NCBI GenBank assembly: GCA_038087875.1
Contig: CM076000.1
Coordinates: 620,001-684,000 of the forward strand
Source of the DNA: Malacoraja senta
Taxonomy: Eukaryota
DNA: 64,000 nucleotides
Direction of reading: 5' to 3'
Shown: in pieces, positions 52,251 to 64,000 of the stretch
Position numbering within the stretch: the first letter of the stretch is position 1
How the letters are laid out: each line of letters starts with the position of its first letter
Position numbers and translations under genes: made by a program
Notes under the pieces: generated by a model
Told to the model about the DNA's origin: nothing
Seen by the model: only the letters and a program-made list of their open reading frames with translations
Databases searched by the model: none

Positions 52251-53528
52251 GTTAGTAATTTTCTTTGTAACTTTTATGCAGAGTGCCACAGATCCTTGAA
52301 CTTTAATTCTGCCGTGGATGTCATGTTAAATCATGAGTGCCTTGTTTCTATCGCAGTTGACTCTTATTGCTTCATAACTAGTTGTACTGAAGTGAAGTAC
52401 AAATGATTAGAGTAGAAATGTCTCGTAATTTGCCTGTACATTTCTTCAATATCTTTATTGGACCAAATTAACACTGAATCAAGCAAAGATGAGTTTGAAT
52501 AGTTCAGCTGAATTGCATGTGATATGACAGGTTATTTAATCCAACTGATACATCTAACATACGAGTAGGAAGGAACTGCAGATGCTGGTTTAAACCGAAG
52601 ATAGACACAAAATGCTGGAGCCTGAAGTGTCTTGAACCGAAATGTCACCTATTCCTTCTATCCAGAGATGCTGCCTGTCCCGCTGAGTTACTCCAGCATT
52701 TTGTGTAGCATATGAGTTTTTTTTAAATTCCACCTTTTTTATAGCTCTGGATTATTCAAACAGAAATGTCTCCTTGCAATGCCATGTCTTTAAATACAAA
52801 TTCACAGTACTCTGCTGTGTGGTTTTTCAGTGAACTTAAAAACAATCTTTTCATCAATTTCATTTTAAAATCCAGACTAAAATCCTGAGTGACCCATTCA
52901 ATGTTCAATTAGTGAGGGTTGGTGTAGAAGGAATGACTCATAAAATCTTAAGAGCACAGAACAAGGGCTATAGATCCCATTGTAAATGTGCCAGTTCTTT
53001 GAAAGACTTGTCTGATTTAGTTCTCCTGAGCCCCCACCCTCACCCCCCAAAATGTAAATAAGCCTTCTTCAGTCATATGCATATTTGCCATTTGAATTTG
53101 ATTTCCCCATCTTTTCAAATAGTGTATTCTAGAGCACAACTCAACATGAGATGTGGTGGGAAATATTACTCCTTATTCACCTGCTAATTATTTTTCCCCA
53201 AAATATTTTGAGAATTTGTGATAATGGAAGTATGAAATAACAGGATTAAATTGTGATCCCTTAGGTTTAACAAGAAACTTAATTTGCTCTATAGCTTAAA
53301 CACAAGTAATGCTCTTCCATTTCTGTTAATGGAAAATATTGTATATAATTACTTGCAGTATTTAGAATATTCATAAATGTGTTTTTGGCCAAATGATTAA
53401 ATATAATAGATATTACCTAAAGTGAAAATCATAACTTTTTAATTCTGTTATGCAAAATCCTGCTTATTGCAGCTTAATATGATTGACATATGTAATAAAT
53501 ATTCAACATTTAAAATATTTTTTCAAAG

Positions 53529-53603
53529 TGCCTGAAGTAAAAAGTGACGATGCTGATCTTGATGATTGGGAAGCAATGGCAAGTGATCATGAACAGGAAA
53601 AAG
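53529..53603 (+). CDS. EIF5B: EIF5B exon 9
   Basis: Conserved LDDWEAMASD motif; phase 1-1. Confidence 0.9.
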
Positions 53604-54161
53604 GTGTGTATACACTTCAGTTCTACCTACCCCACAAGTATATTTGAGTTTCAATGATATCTTTAGCTATCTGTTAACCTTTCTCCTAAAGAAAACTTAA
53701 ATCATATATTTAAACCAAATGGAGACACAAGAAACTGCAGATGCAGGAATCATGAGCAGAAAAAGAACGCTGGGGGAACTCAATGGGTCATGCAGCATCT
53801 GTGAAGGGACAGATGACGTTTCAGGTTACGACCTTCAGTCTGACGGAGTTGGGCTGAGATAGCTGTAAAAGACAAGGTGGGGTGGGGCAAAGGTTAACAG
53901 GTTTTCGCCCACCTTCATCTATTTTTTCCATCTTTCTAAGTCTAAAGAAGGGTCCTGCCCAAATTCCACCAGTCTGTTCTCTCCAGAGGTGCAACCGGAC
54001 CCACTGTGCTCTTCGGGCAATTTGTTTTTTTTCATTCACCCAGGTGTTTCAGTAATTTCAGAGTTTTTTTTTCCTTTCCACTGATAGCCATATCTGTGTT
54101 GTACTTTTTAAAGTTAAGTAGTTTCCTTGGTTAATACAAATTTGAAAATATCGTTCATTAG

Positions 54162-54478
54162 AAGTGAAAACTATTCACATTGAAGTAAAAGAAGATGCTG
54201 AAGTGGGGAACAATGAGGAGGAAAATGACGAGGATGATGAAGAGGAAGAAGAGAGTGAGGATGATGATGCAAGTGAGGAGAGTGAGGTTGAAGATGCAGA
54301 AAGGAGTTTTGATGAAACTAGAACAACATCACAGAAAGTGGGAAAAGAATCTGAAATAGTAAAGAATGCAAAACCAAAACTGACCAAAGAAATTAGCTCC
54401 GATTCTGAAGAGTCTGATTCAGATGATGGCAAGACTAAAGAAGAACGGATATATGATGAAGCAAAGCGGCGAATTGAG
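54162..54478 (+). CDS. EIF5B: EIF5B exon 10
   Basis: VKTIHIEVKE...acidic tract...TKEERIYDEAKRRIE; phase 1-0. Confidence 0.92.
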
Positions 54479-55022
54479 GTACCAGTTCTTAAAATTAACT
54501 TGGATGCAGTATTTGATATCTGACTGCCACCCAACACAGATCTACACTTGTATTCTTACCTCCCTCCTGCTTTTCCTTGCTTACTCAATATCTGTTTACA
54601 TTTTACGACTTTTTCCATAGATCATAGAACTGGAAGATAATTGTTTTCTCCTCCACAGATACCTACTGACCAGCTTCTATCATGTATTGTAGAATTTCAT
54701 CAGTATTTTGTCATTATCCTTAAAATTAGTGTTATTCTTTTTAGTAATATCAGGAAGAACTTTTCACAATAGCGATAGTGGAAATCTTTTATTTTGTCCA
54801 CTCGTAATGCATGGACGCTGGATCAATTGAATTTTTCATTATTGAGGTCCAAAAGTTTTGTGCAAGAGCTTTGGCTTTTATGCACCAAAAGCAGATGAAT
54901 AAATAATTCACAATTTGCAAAGACAGACAGAAGAACAGAATCTCCAAAAGTGAGGTGAGAGTCACTGCTCTTGACATTCATGTTTTCAACTAAGTATAGT
55001 ATCAAGGAGTCCTTGAGTCCTT

Positions 55023-56408
55023 GAGTTATAGACCAGTTAGCCTGACATCGGTGGTGGGGAAGATGCTGGAGTCAATCATAAAAGATGAAATAGCGGCACA
55101 TTTGGATAGCAGTAACAGGATCGGTCCGAGTCAGCATGGATTTACGAAGGGGAAATCATGCTTGACTAATCTTCTGGAATTTTTTGAGGATGTAACTAGG
55201 AAAATGGACAAGGGAGAGCCAGTGAATGTAGTGTACCTGGACTTTCAGAAAGCATTTGATAAGGTCCCACATAGGAGATTAGTGGGCAAAATTAGGGCAC
55301 ATAGTATTGGGGGTAGTGTGCTGACATGGATAGAAAATTGGTTGGCAGACAGGAAACAAAGAGTAGGGATTGATGGCAGGCAGTGACTAGTGGGGTACTG
55401 CAAGGCTCGGTGCTGGGACCGCAGCTATTTACAACATACATCAATGATTTAGATGAAGTGATTCAAAGTAACATTAGCAAATTTGCAGATGACACAAAGC
55501 TGGGTGGCAGTGTGAACTGTGAGGGGGATGCTATGAAAATGCAGGGTGACTTGGACAGGTTGGGTGAGTGGGCAGATGCATGGCAGATGCAGTTTAATGT
55601 GGATAAATGGGAGGTTATCCACTTTGGAAGCAAAAACAGGAAGGCAGATTATTATCTAAATGGTGTCAAAGTTGGGAAAAGGGGAAGTACAACAGGATCT
55701 GGGGGTCCTTGTTTATCAGTTACTGAAAGTAAGCATGCAGGTACAGCAGGCAGTGAGGAAAGCGAATGGCATGTTGGCCTTCATAACAAGAGGAGTTGAG
55801 TATAGGAGCAAAGAGGTCCTTCTGCAGTTGTACAGGGCCCTAGTGAGACCACACCTGGAGTATTGTGTGCAGTTTTGGTCCCCTAATTTGAGGAAGGATA
55901 TTCTTGCTGTTGAGGGAGTGCAGCGTAGGTTTACAAGGTTAATTCCCGGGATGGCAGGACTGTCTTATGCTGAGAGAATGGAGTGGCTGGGCTTGTATAC
56001 TCTGGAATTTAGAAGGATGAGAGGGAATCTTATTGAACCACATAAGATTATTAAGGGTTTGGACACGCTAGAGGCAGGAAACATGTTCCCAATGTTGGGG
56101 GAGTCCAGAACCAGGGGCCACAGTTTAAGAATAAGGGGTAAGCCATTTAGAACGGAGATGAGGAAACACTTTTTCACACAGAGAGCTGTGAGTCTGTGGA
56201 ATTCTCTGCCACAGAGGGCGCTGGAGGCCGGTTCTCTGGATACTTTCAAGAGAGAGCTAGATAGGGCTCATAAAGATAGCGAAGTCAGGGGATATGGGGA
56301 GAAGGCAGGAACGGGGTACTGATTGGGGATGATCAGCCATGATCACATTGAATGGCCGTGCTGGCTCGAAGGGCCGAATGTCCTACTCCTGCACCTATTG
56401 TCTATTGA
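55023..56408 (+). mobile_element. CR1/HER1 LINE ORF2 RT and 3' end
   Basis: YRPVSLTSVVGK, QHGF, YLDFQKAFDKVPH, QGSVLGP, KFADDTKL; ATTGTCT tail. Confidence 0.93.
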
Positions 56409-56849
56409 GTCAATGGAAACCAAGGTAAATTTTGACTGGCTGGAGTTATACTTGGCACCATAGAAAATGGTTGAGGTGGGATGGCAATCGTTCATATTTT
56501 TGTATAAAAGCAAAATCATGTTATAGAACATACAAAGACCACCATTTATCAGTTATACCATTGCCAAATTCCAGTCTTAATGTCATGGAGATAGCATTGA
56601 CTAAAACCTATTGTTCCAACTGCATAAAGTCTCTGACTACATGAGGATTTTGGAATATTGGTAATCTGCAGTGAGTCACACTTCTGATGATTTACCCAGC
56701 CAATGTTTCAGGAATGTGATAGAATATTACAAGATACTCAATAGCTTTCAGAACAAAATAGTTACTTGATTTGTACCTGAGCTACCACCTTAAACATTGT
56801 AGCCTCACCATTTGTGTGTGCATCAAAATGCAATACCTATCATTGAGTC

Positions 56850-57540
56850 ATACATCGTGGAAACAGGCATATCGGCTCAACTTGCCCATACCAGCCAACA
56901 TGTCGCATATACACTAGTCTCACCGGCCTGCGTTTGGCACTTATCCTTCTAAACCTGTCCTATCCATGTATCTGAATAATTGTTTCTTGAACTTTGCAAT
57001 AGTCCCTGCCTCAACCACCTCCTCTGGCAGCTTGTTCTGTACACCCACCACCATTTGTATGAAAAAGTTACCCCTCAGATTCCTATTAAACCTTTCCCCT
57101 TTCACCTTAAACCTATGCCTTCTGGTTCTCGATTTTCCTACTTTGTGCAAGAGACTTTGTGCATCTACCCGATGTATTCCTTTTTTACACCTCTATAAGA
57201 TCGTCCTTTGTCCTCCTGCGCTCCAAGGAATAGAATCCTAGGACTGCTCAACCTCTCCCTATTACTCAGACCCTCAAGTCCCAGGAACATCCTCGTAATT
57301 CTTCTCTGTATCCTTTCCAACTTGACAACATCTTACCTATAACATGGTGCCCAGACGCAATACTCTAAAATGCGGCCTCACCAACATCTTGTGTAACTGC
57401 AACATGACTTCCCAACTTCTATTGTCAATACACTGACCGATGGCCAATATGCCATTAGCCTTTTTGACTATCCTATCTACCTGTGGCGCCACCTTCAAGG
57501 AACTATGTACCTGCACTCCTAGATCCCTCTGCATCTCTCT
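56850..57540 (-). mobile_element. CR1 LINE 3' fragment
   Basis: QRDLGVQVHSSLKV; SRTRRHRFKVKGERFNRNLRGNFF. Confidence 0.8.
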
Positions 57541-57631
57541 ATAGAGCCCTACCACTCTGTAAAAACAGTATCAAGACAGCTTCTCCAGAACAATCCAAAC
57601 CAGTTTTGAAAATTTTTCCTTGCTTTCTCAG

Positions 57632-57739
57632 AAACGCCGAGCAGAAAACGCCATGAATATAGATACTGAAAAGCTACGAGCACCAGTTATTTGTGTTCTT
57701 GGACATGTTGACACTGGGAAAACCAAAATTTTGGACAAG
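57632..57739 (+). CDS. EIF5B: EIF5B exon 11 (G1/P-loop)
   Basis: [23 protein letters not shown]. Confidence 0.98.
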
Positions 57740-59057
57740 GTATGTAAAATAGATCCTGCATTTCCAGAGTTGCAACAAGCAAATTAGTGAAATACAACTC
57801 CGTGTGAGTTACCTATCTACATCGGCACTGCACATGGAGTCAATTCTCAGCCTTGACTTAAATGTTAAGTGGTCTGTTGAGATTTTTAAAGGCACTTATT
57901 TTCCCAGCAGACAATATCTAGGCAAAATCTGAGTGTACTGCCTTCACAAAGTTTTTCCTGGGGTGTAGAACCGATTGCTGCACATAGTACTGACTCTTCC
58001 TGTTGTCTGCCATGCACGCATGAATGTTCAATTATTTTGGTGCGATATGGTGCTCGCTATATCATTTGGTTTAGAAGTTATGGAGAAGGATGGGAAACAA
58101 TTAACACTGAAATTATTAATTTGTGATTTTGAAAGGAATGAAACTAAATTAATGACAAGTAAAACATGGAAAGTAAGGCCAGAAAGGCAGTTTGATGAAA
58201 GGTCTCGACTTGAAATGTCATCTATCTGCTCTCTAGAGATGCTGCTTGACCTGCTGAGTTACATCAGCCCTTTGTTTCTTTTTCTGTAAACCAGCATCTG
58301 CAGTTCCTTGTTTCTACAGAAATAAACAATGTTAGGCTTTCAAGGGATAGTAGTTCACGGTAGTCTGATTTAGATGAAGAGAGGCCCTAGGCTATTCCAC
58401 TTGTGAGGCCCCTCCCAATCCCCCACCATCACGACAAGAGGAAGATGGTCCACCAGATTGCCATCGATTTGCAGCCGAGCGTGGCCAATGAGATAAGGGG
58501 CTGGAAAGCTGTGCTTATTCATTTATTTATTTATTGTCAGTGCTAGTGTCGAGTTATCGGCTTAAAACACTGTTATTCTGAAATGGAGCGCAAGGAAAAT
58601 TACTGAAGGGTTGTTTAGATACTACAGTGCGTTGTGACAGCATATTTAAGAAAGGCCTATGACGGTGTCAAAAATATTATACACCTTGCAGGGCTCCCAC
58701 TTAATTTGTTTTCTCTGATGTCAGCCGGGCAACCTTGGCAGCTTTTTAAGTTGCCAAATGACAGTTTAGGTGGTCATTTAAGACGGCTTGCATGACACGT
58801 GCGATAATGTGCTCGGACGAAGTGCGTAGTTACCAGTTGGAATTATGCTCAATGAAGCATTCACATATTATTTCTGCTTCAAATAAAGTCACAAACTAAA
58901 CATATTCACCAATCAAGACATGATATATACCACAATGACATGCAGCAAAATTATAATACAGTATCTCAACTCTTTTTACACGTTGCAATGAATGCAATTT
59001 CTATTATTTCTTTCCACTTCCAAACAAAAATGTGGTTGGATTATTCAGCGTATGATC

Positions 59058-60220
59058 AACCTCGGTGAGACCAAGCGCAGGCTTGGCGATCGCTTCGCAC
59101 AACACCACTCAGTTCGCAATAACCAACCTGATCTCCCGGTGGCTCAACACTTCAACTCCCCCTCCCATTCCGAATCCGACCTTTCTGTCCTGGGCCTCCT
59201 CCATGGCCAGAGTGAGGCCCACCGCATATTGGAGGAGCAGCACCTCATATTTTCCTGGGTAGTTTACACCCCAGCGGTATGAACATTGGCTTCTCTAATT
59301 TCAGGTAGTAATTGCTTTCTCCCTCCTTCCCCTCCCATTCCCAGCTCTCCCACAGCCTACTGTCTCCGCCTCTTTCTTTTTTGTGTCCCCCCCCGACATC
59401 AATCTGAAGAAGGGTCTCGACCCGAAACGTGGTCTATTCCTTCGCTCCATAGATGCTGCCTTACCCGCTGATTTTCTCCAGCTTTTTTGTCTACCAATGG
59501 GATCCCACCACTGGCCACATCTTCCCATCTCCTCCCCTGTTGGCTTTCCGCAGAGACCGCTCCCTCCGTAACTCCCAGGTCAATTCGTCCCTTCCCACCC
59601 AAACCACCCCCTCTCCTGGCACTTTCCCTTGCAACCGCAGGAAATGCCACACTTGTCGCTTTACCTCCCCCCTTGACTCCATTCAAGGACCCAAGCAGTC
59701 TTTCCACGTGTGGCAGAGGTTCACCTGCACCGCCTCCAACCTCATCTATTGCATCCACTGCTCTATGTGTCAGCTGCTCTACATCGGTGAGACCAAGCGT
59801 AGGCTTGGCGATCGCTTCGCCCAACACCTCCGCTCGGTTTGCAATAACCAACCTGATCTCCCGGTGGCTCAGCACTTCAACTCCCCCTCCCATTCCGAAT
59901 CCGACCTTTCTGTCCTGGGCCTCTTCCATGGCCAGAGTGAGGCCCACCGTAAATTGGAGGAGCAGCACCTCATATTTCGCTTGGGCAGTTTACACCCCAT
60001 CGGTATGAACATTGACTTCTTCAATTTCAGGTAGTCCCTGCTATCTCCTCCCCTTCCCAGCTCTCCCTCAGCCCACTGTCTCCGCCTCTTCCTTTCTTCT
60101 TCCCATCCCCCCAACCCTCACATCAGTCTGAAGAAGGGTCTCGACCCGAAACATTGCCTATTTCCTTCGCTCTATAGATGCTGCCTCACCCGCTGAGTTT
60201 CTCCAGCATTTTTGTCTACC
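59058..60220 (+). mobile_element. Penelope-like element: two tandem GIY-YIG endonuclease 3' ends, each followed by a pLTR
   Basis: NLIYCIHC...LYIGETKRRLGDRFAQH...VAQHFN...EQHLIFRLGSLHP; hammerhead-like motifs at 59404 and 60128. Confidence 0.9.
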
Positions 60221-60254
60221 CATTCACACAAGTTCTGTTAACTCATTTTCCTCA

Positions 60255-61260
60255 CCCACTCCCTACACATTAGGAGCAATGTTACAGAGACAAGTTAACC
60301 GACAAAGCCAATGCGTCTTTGGGATGTGGGAGGAAACCCACACGCTTGCAGGGAGAATGTGCAAATTCAACACAGATAGTGCTCGAGGACAAGATCGAAC
60401 ACACATCTCTGGCATGTGAGGCAGCAAGTCTACCAGCTGTGCCACTATATTTTGTTTTCCAACACACAAAACATTATACGTTGATAACTTTGGTTACTAA
60501 AAAAATGAAAATATCCAAGTGACGCTATGTCCCCCAATACAGCTACTGTATGTTTTAATTAAGTTCAAGACTATGGGGCAGTACATTGGCCATAATGTTG
60601 CTGCCTAAAAGTGCCAGAGACCTGGAATTGATCCTGAATATGGGTGCTATCTGTATGGAGTTTGCTCCTTTTCCCTTTGATCGCATGGGTTTTCTCCGGG
60701 TGCTCTTGTCTCCATCCACATTCCAAAGGTGTGCAGGAACCTATTTCAGACCCAACCCAAAACATAATATTTTCCTTTTGTCCAGAGATTCTTTCTGACC
60801 TGTTGAGTTACTCCAGCTTTTTGTGTCAATCTTCAGTTTAAACCAGCATCTGCAGTTCCTTCCAGCACACACGATACTATACAATAGAACTTTATTAAAT
60901 TGTGTGTGTGTGGGTATGTATATATATATACATACATACACACGCACGCACACACACACACACACACACACACTCACTCACTCACTCACTCACTCACTCA
61001 CTCACTCATATATAAATATACACCGTTTTGTTTTCTCGTTTATAACATTGTTTACAGAGTACTATGTTTACATATTCTGTTGTGCTGCTGCAAGTAAGGA
61101 TTTCATTGTTCTAACTGGGACGTGAGAATAAAACACTCTTGACTCGTGACTTACTCCGCTAATGTGTGGGATAGAACTAGTGTACGGGTGATCCGCGGTC
61201 GGTGGGGCGAAGGACCTGTTTCCACGCTGTATCTTTAAATTAAACTAAAAACACTAAAAC
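60255..61260. mobile_element. HE1-like SINE fragments (minus 60255-60447; plus 60572-60740 and 61150-61260) interrupted by a pLTR, (CA)n/(CACT)n microsatellite and LINE tail
   Basis: V-domain-like GAGTTTGC...TTCTCC...GGGTTT; CTAAA tail. Confidence 0.6.
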
Positions 61261-62646
61261 CAGAGGGAGTTTAAAGAAGGGTCTCTACCCGAAACGTCAC
61301 CCAATTTCTTCTATCCAGAGTTGCTGGCTGCTCCATGGAGTTCCCCCACACAATTAAAGCATGGAATATTCTTCACCCTACCATAGTTATCCAACCAGAT
61401 GCAACTAAATTTAAGGTACCTCTTTTTTCCCCAAGAACTCTTTTTTGCTTAAGTCCAAGTCAAGAGAGTTTTATTGTCATGTGTCCCTGATAGGACAACG
61501 AAATTCTTGATTGCTGCAGCACAACAGAATATGTAAACATAATACAGAACAGGAGATAAAAGTTCAGTGTGTTTATATACCATAGACCATATATATATAC
61601 ACAATAAATAAACAGATAAAATGCAATAGGCTGTTATTGTTCAGCCCTCCACCACCTCCAGTTTAAATTCCATTTAGAATATTTATGGAGGACCAGGAAA
61701 CCAGAAGCAAGAGTTACTCCAGCTCCAGGGTCAGGGAGTGATTCTGCGTTGGTTTTCAGCAGTCGCGGCGTGGCGGCAAGATCTCCCACAATTCAAAGTG
61801 AGGGAGAAAGTGCCCAGCGCCAACCAGTTGCCATGACAGTGCGCATGCGCAGGGCGGCCGATGATGTGCTGGCCGTGGTTGTACGCATGTGCAGGGAGAG
61901 GATGTGCTGGCCGTAGCAGTGCGCATGTGCAAGGCGTCCTGCCGTTCTGGCGGATGAGGACGAGCGGAGCCCGGCGGCCCGGATACGGATACGGATGGCA
62001 GGCGGAGATGGAGAGTGAAGAGCGAGAGAGAGAGATAGAGAGGGGGGCCCTCCCAGAGTTGAATGGCAGGTGTCCTGCCTTGGCCGGAGGCCACCTAGAT
62101 TTCGAGGCCCTAGGCTTCAGTCTATGAAGCCTAGTGGTAAATCCGGCTCTGCGAGGCCCCCCCTAGATCTCGAGGCCTTAAGCTTAAGCTTGTGCAGCTT
62201 ATACGGAAATCCGGCCCTGGTTCACGGACAAACTAAATGCACTCCTGGGGGGATAAAATAATATTCAAAGCTTATACTCCCTGGATGATTAAAGATATTA
62301 GAATTAAACACAAAACTTAAATTTATGATAAATGTAAGTTTAAACTACAATGAGAGTAGAAAAGAATACCATGCAAAGAATTTCCAAGAAAGGAAATTAG
62401 GGTTTGTGAAAACTCCAGCTGTTAACTCCAGCTGTTAATGTGGGGAGAAAGAAAGCATTTTATTAACACAAGTTAAAAGGCTGGAACTAATGAGGGACTT
62501 TCTCATGTCAATTCTTTCCTTTGGCTTTTCTAAAACCGTTCAGTAGATTTTATTTGTGTGCCTCGTTCGTTGTCAATATTATTCAGCAAGGTAATTGTTA
62601 ATGCAGCAACCTGAGAAATTTGGGCTTTCAGATTAAAACACATATA

Positions 62647-62845
62647 CAGATGCTCCCGGATTTATGATGCTTCGACTTACGATATTTCAACTTTACAAGG
62701 GTGCAAACAATCGGCAACGGCAGCAAGCCGATGGCACTTCTGGTCACGTGATCGCATTGTATTAAATGCGTTTTCGACTTACAATATTTTCGATTTACGA
62801 TGGATTCATCGGAATGTAACCCCATCGTAGGTCGAGGAGCAGCTG
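62647..62845. mobile_element. Tigger/pogo-type MITE (199 bp)
   Basis: TA flanks; TIR CAGATGCTCC...GGAGCAGCTG; internal CGACTTACGA repeats. Confidence 0.8.
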
Positions 62846-63191
62846 TAATGAAGTTATGGAAAGATGCACGGAAAATTCAGTAAATTTTATTGTAATTATG
62901 AAAGAAATAAACCTGGAATTTTCTCCATTATTTTGGTAATATCCTTGTTTTGGGAGTGTGAAACTTCCCTACTAGTAGAAATGTTGAATGATTTTTTTCA
63001 AAAGATAGTTTCAGTCTCTCAACTGTTTCATCATTGTACATTGGTCATTATTCACTAGAATATCTCCATGAAAAATATTAGCATAGAAAGCAAGGATGGT
63101 ATAGAAAAAATGTTTGCATATGAAGGCTTTTAATGAGACATGGATGTATATAGTCTTTTTACATACATTATGTCCTTTCTGCTGCCCTTAG

Positions 63192-63302
63192 CTTCGTCAT
63201 ACCCATGTCCAGGATAGTGAAGCAGGTGGTATAACCCAGCAAATTGGTGCAACCAATGTTCCGCTTGAAACGATCAGTGAGCAAACTAAGATGGTGAAAA
63301 AT
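63192..63302 (+). CDS. EIF5B: EIF5B exon 12 (switch I/G2)
   Basis: [24 protein letters not shown]...KMVKN; GTAAGT donor. Confidence 0.98.
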
Positions 63303-63440
63303 GTAAGTATATGAAAAATGAGCATTAGAACAGATTTCCTCAACAGTTCTTCGGAAGAGAATAAATACAAGTTTCAATTTGTCTGTAACTGGAATTCATA
63401 AATATTTAAAGAAATAATCACTCTTTGGTAACTCTTTCAG

Positions 63441-63508
63441 TTTGACAGGGATAACATTAGAACACCAGGAATGCTGATCATTGATACCCCAGGCCATGAG
63501 TCCTTCAG
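63441..63508 (+). CDS. EIF5B: EIF5B exon 13 (G3); gene continues beyond the window
   Basis: FDRDNIRTPGMLIIDTPGHESFS. Confidence 0.98.
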
Positions 63509-64000
63509 GTAAATATTTTCTCTTATACCGTGCTTGGTCTTGAGGGATATATTTTTCTCTTGTGGTTCCAAAAATACCCATATAAGTAACACAAAAATTG
63601 GCTCATTATGAGCAAGGGAGCATCTATTGTAAAAGTATGGCATTGGTGCTTCAGATTAGCACAGGAACAATGTTGAAAACAATCTTGGATTCTGTATTAA
63701 GCAATGAAATTAAATTGCCCATAATATTGTGACAGTTGGATGTTAACATTTTTTAAAGTACACAATGTGTGCAAATACTAATTATGTTAAATCTGCACAA
63801 ATTAATGGAAATAAATCTGATTAGTTAGTCCATTTAAAGAAATTGAAACAGAAAGAAGCCTTTTCAATAACTAGCTCAGACATCAAATGTTTTAGGGTAG
63901 CCCTTAATATTGTTCTTATCTAATAATAAATGCATAGTCACTAAGTCAAGATCAGTTTAAATCAAAATTGCACGCCATTATTGATAAAAATTGGATCCAT

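Noticed and set aside
58689..59057. Possible hAT-type end (CAGGGCTC...), and AAATCCGG(C)CCTG ends near 62140-62219
   Set aside because: No partner TIR or TSD found, so I cannot support a call.
30960..63190. Intronic snoRNAs or tRNA genes
   Set aside because: No convincing C/D or H/ACA box arrangement seen; tRNA-like A/B boxes belong to SINE heads.

Overview
Vertebrate genomic DNA, most likely a cartilaginous fish such as a skate or ray (inferred from HE1-type SINEs, HER1/CR1 LINEs and Penelope repeats). Two divergently transcribed host genes are present. TXNDC9 lies on the minus strand (non-coding exon 1 near 3.3 kb, coding exons running off the left edge). EIF5B lies on the plus strand (13 coding exons, 16246-63508, all GT-AG and phase-consistent, reaching GTPase motifs G1-G3 and continuing past the right edge). 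The intergenic gap and introns are packed with mobile DNA. Highlights: (1) a ~5.8 kb stack of non-autonomous Helitrons in EIF5B intron 1 that appear to insert into each other's 5' ends, one carrying a duplicated, captured HTRA2-like exon end with its splice donor; (2) a 5.2 kb retrovirus-like provirus with apparently identical 711-bp LTRs but a degraded interior; (3) many Penelope-derived minimal hammerhead ribozyme motifs, including an intact tandem pair about 1 kb upstream of the TXNDC9 promoter; (4) a multi-exon MADF/BESS-like pseudogene in a truncated Harbinger-type element; (5) two Tc1 copies and a Tigger5/MER47-like MITE. Family assignments come from recalled motifs, not database searches.
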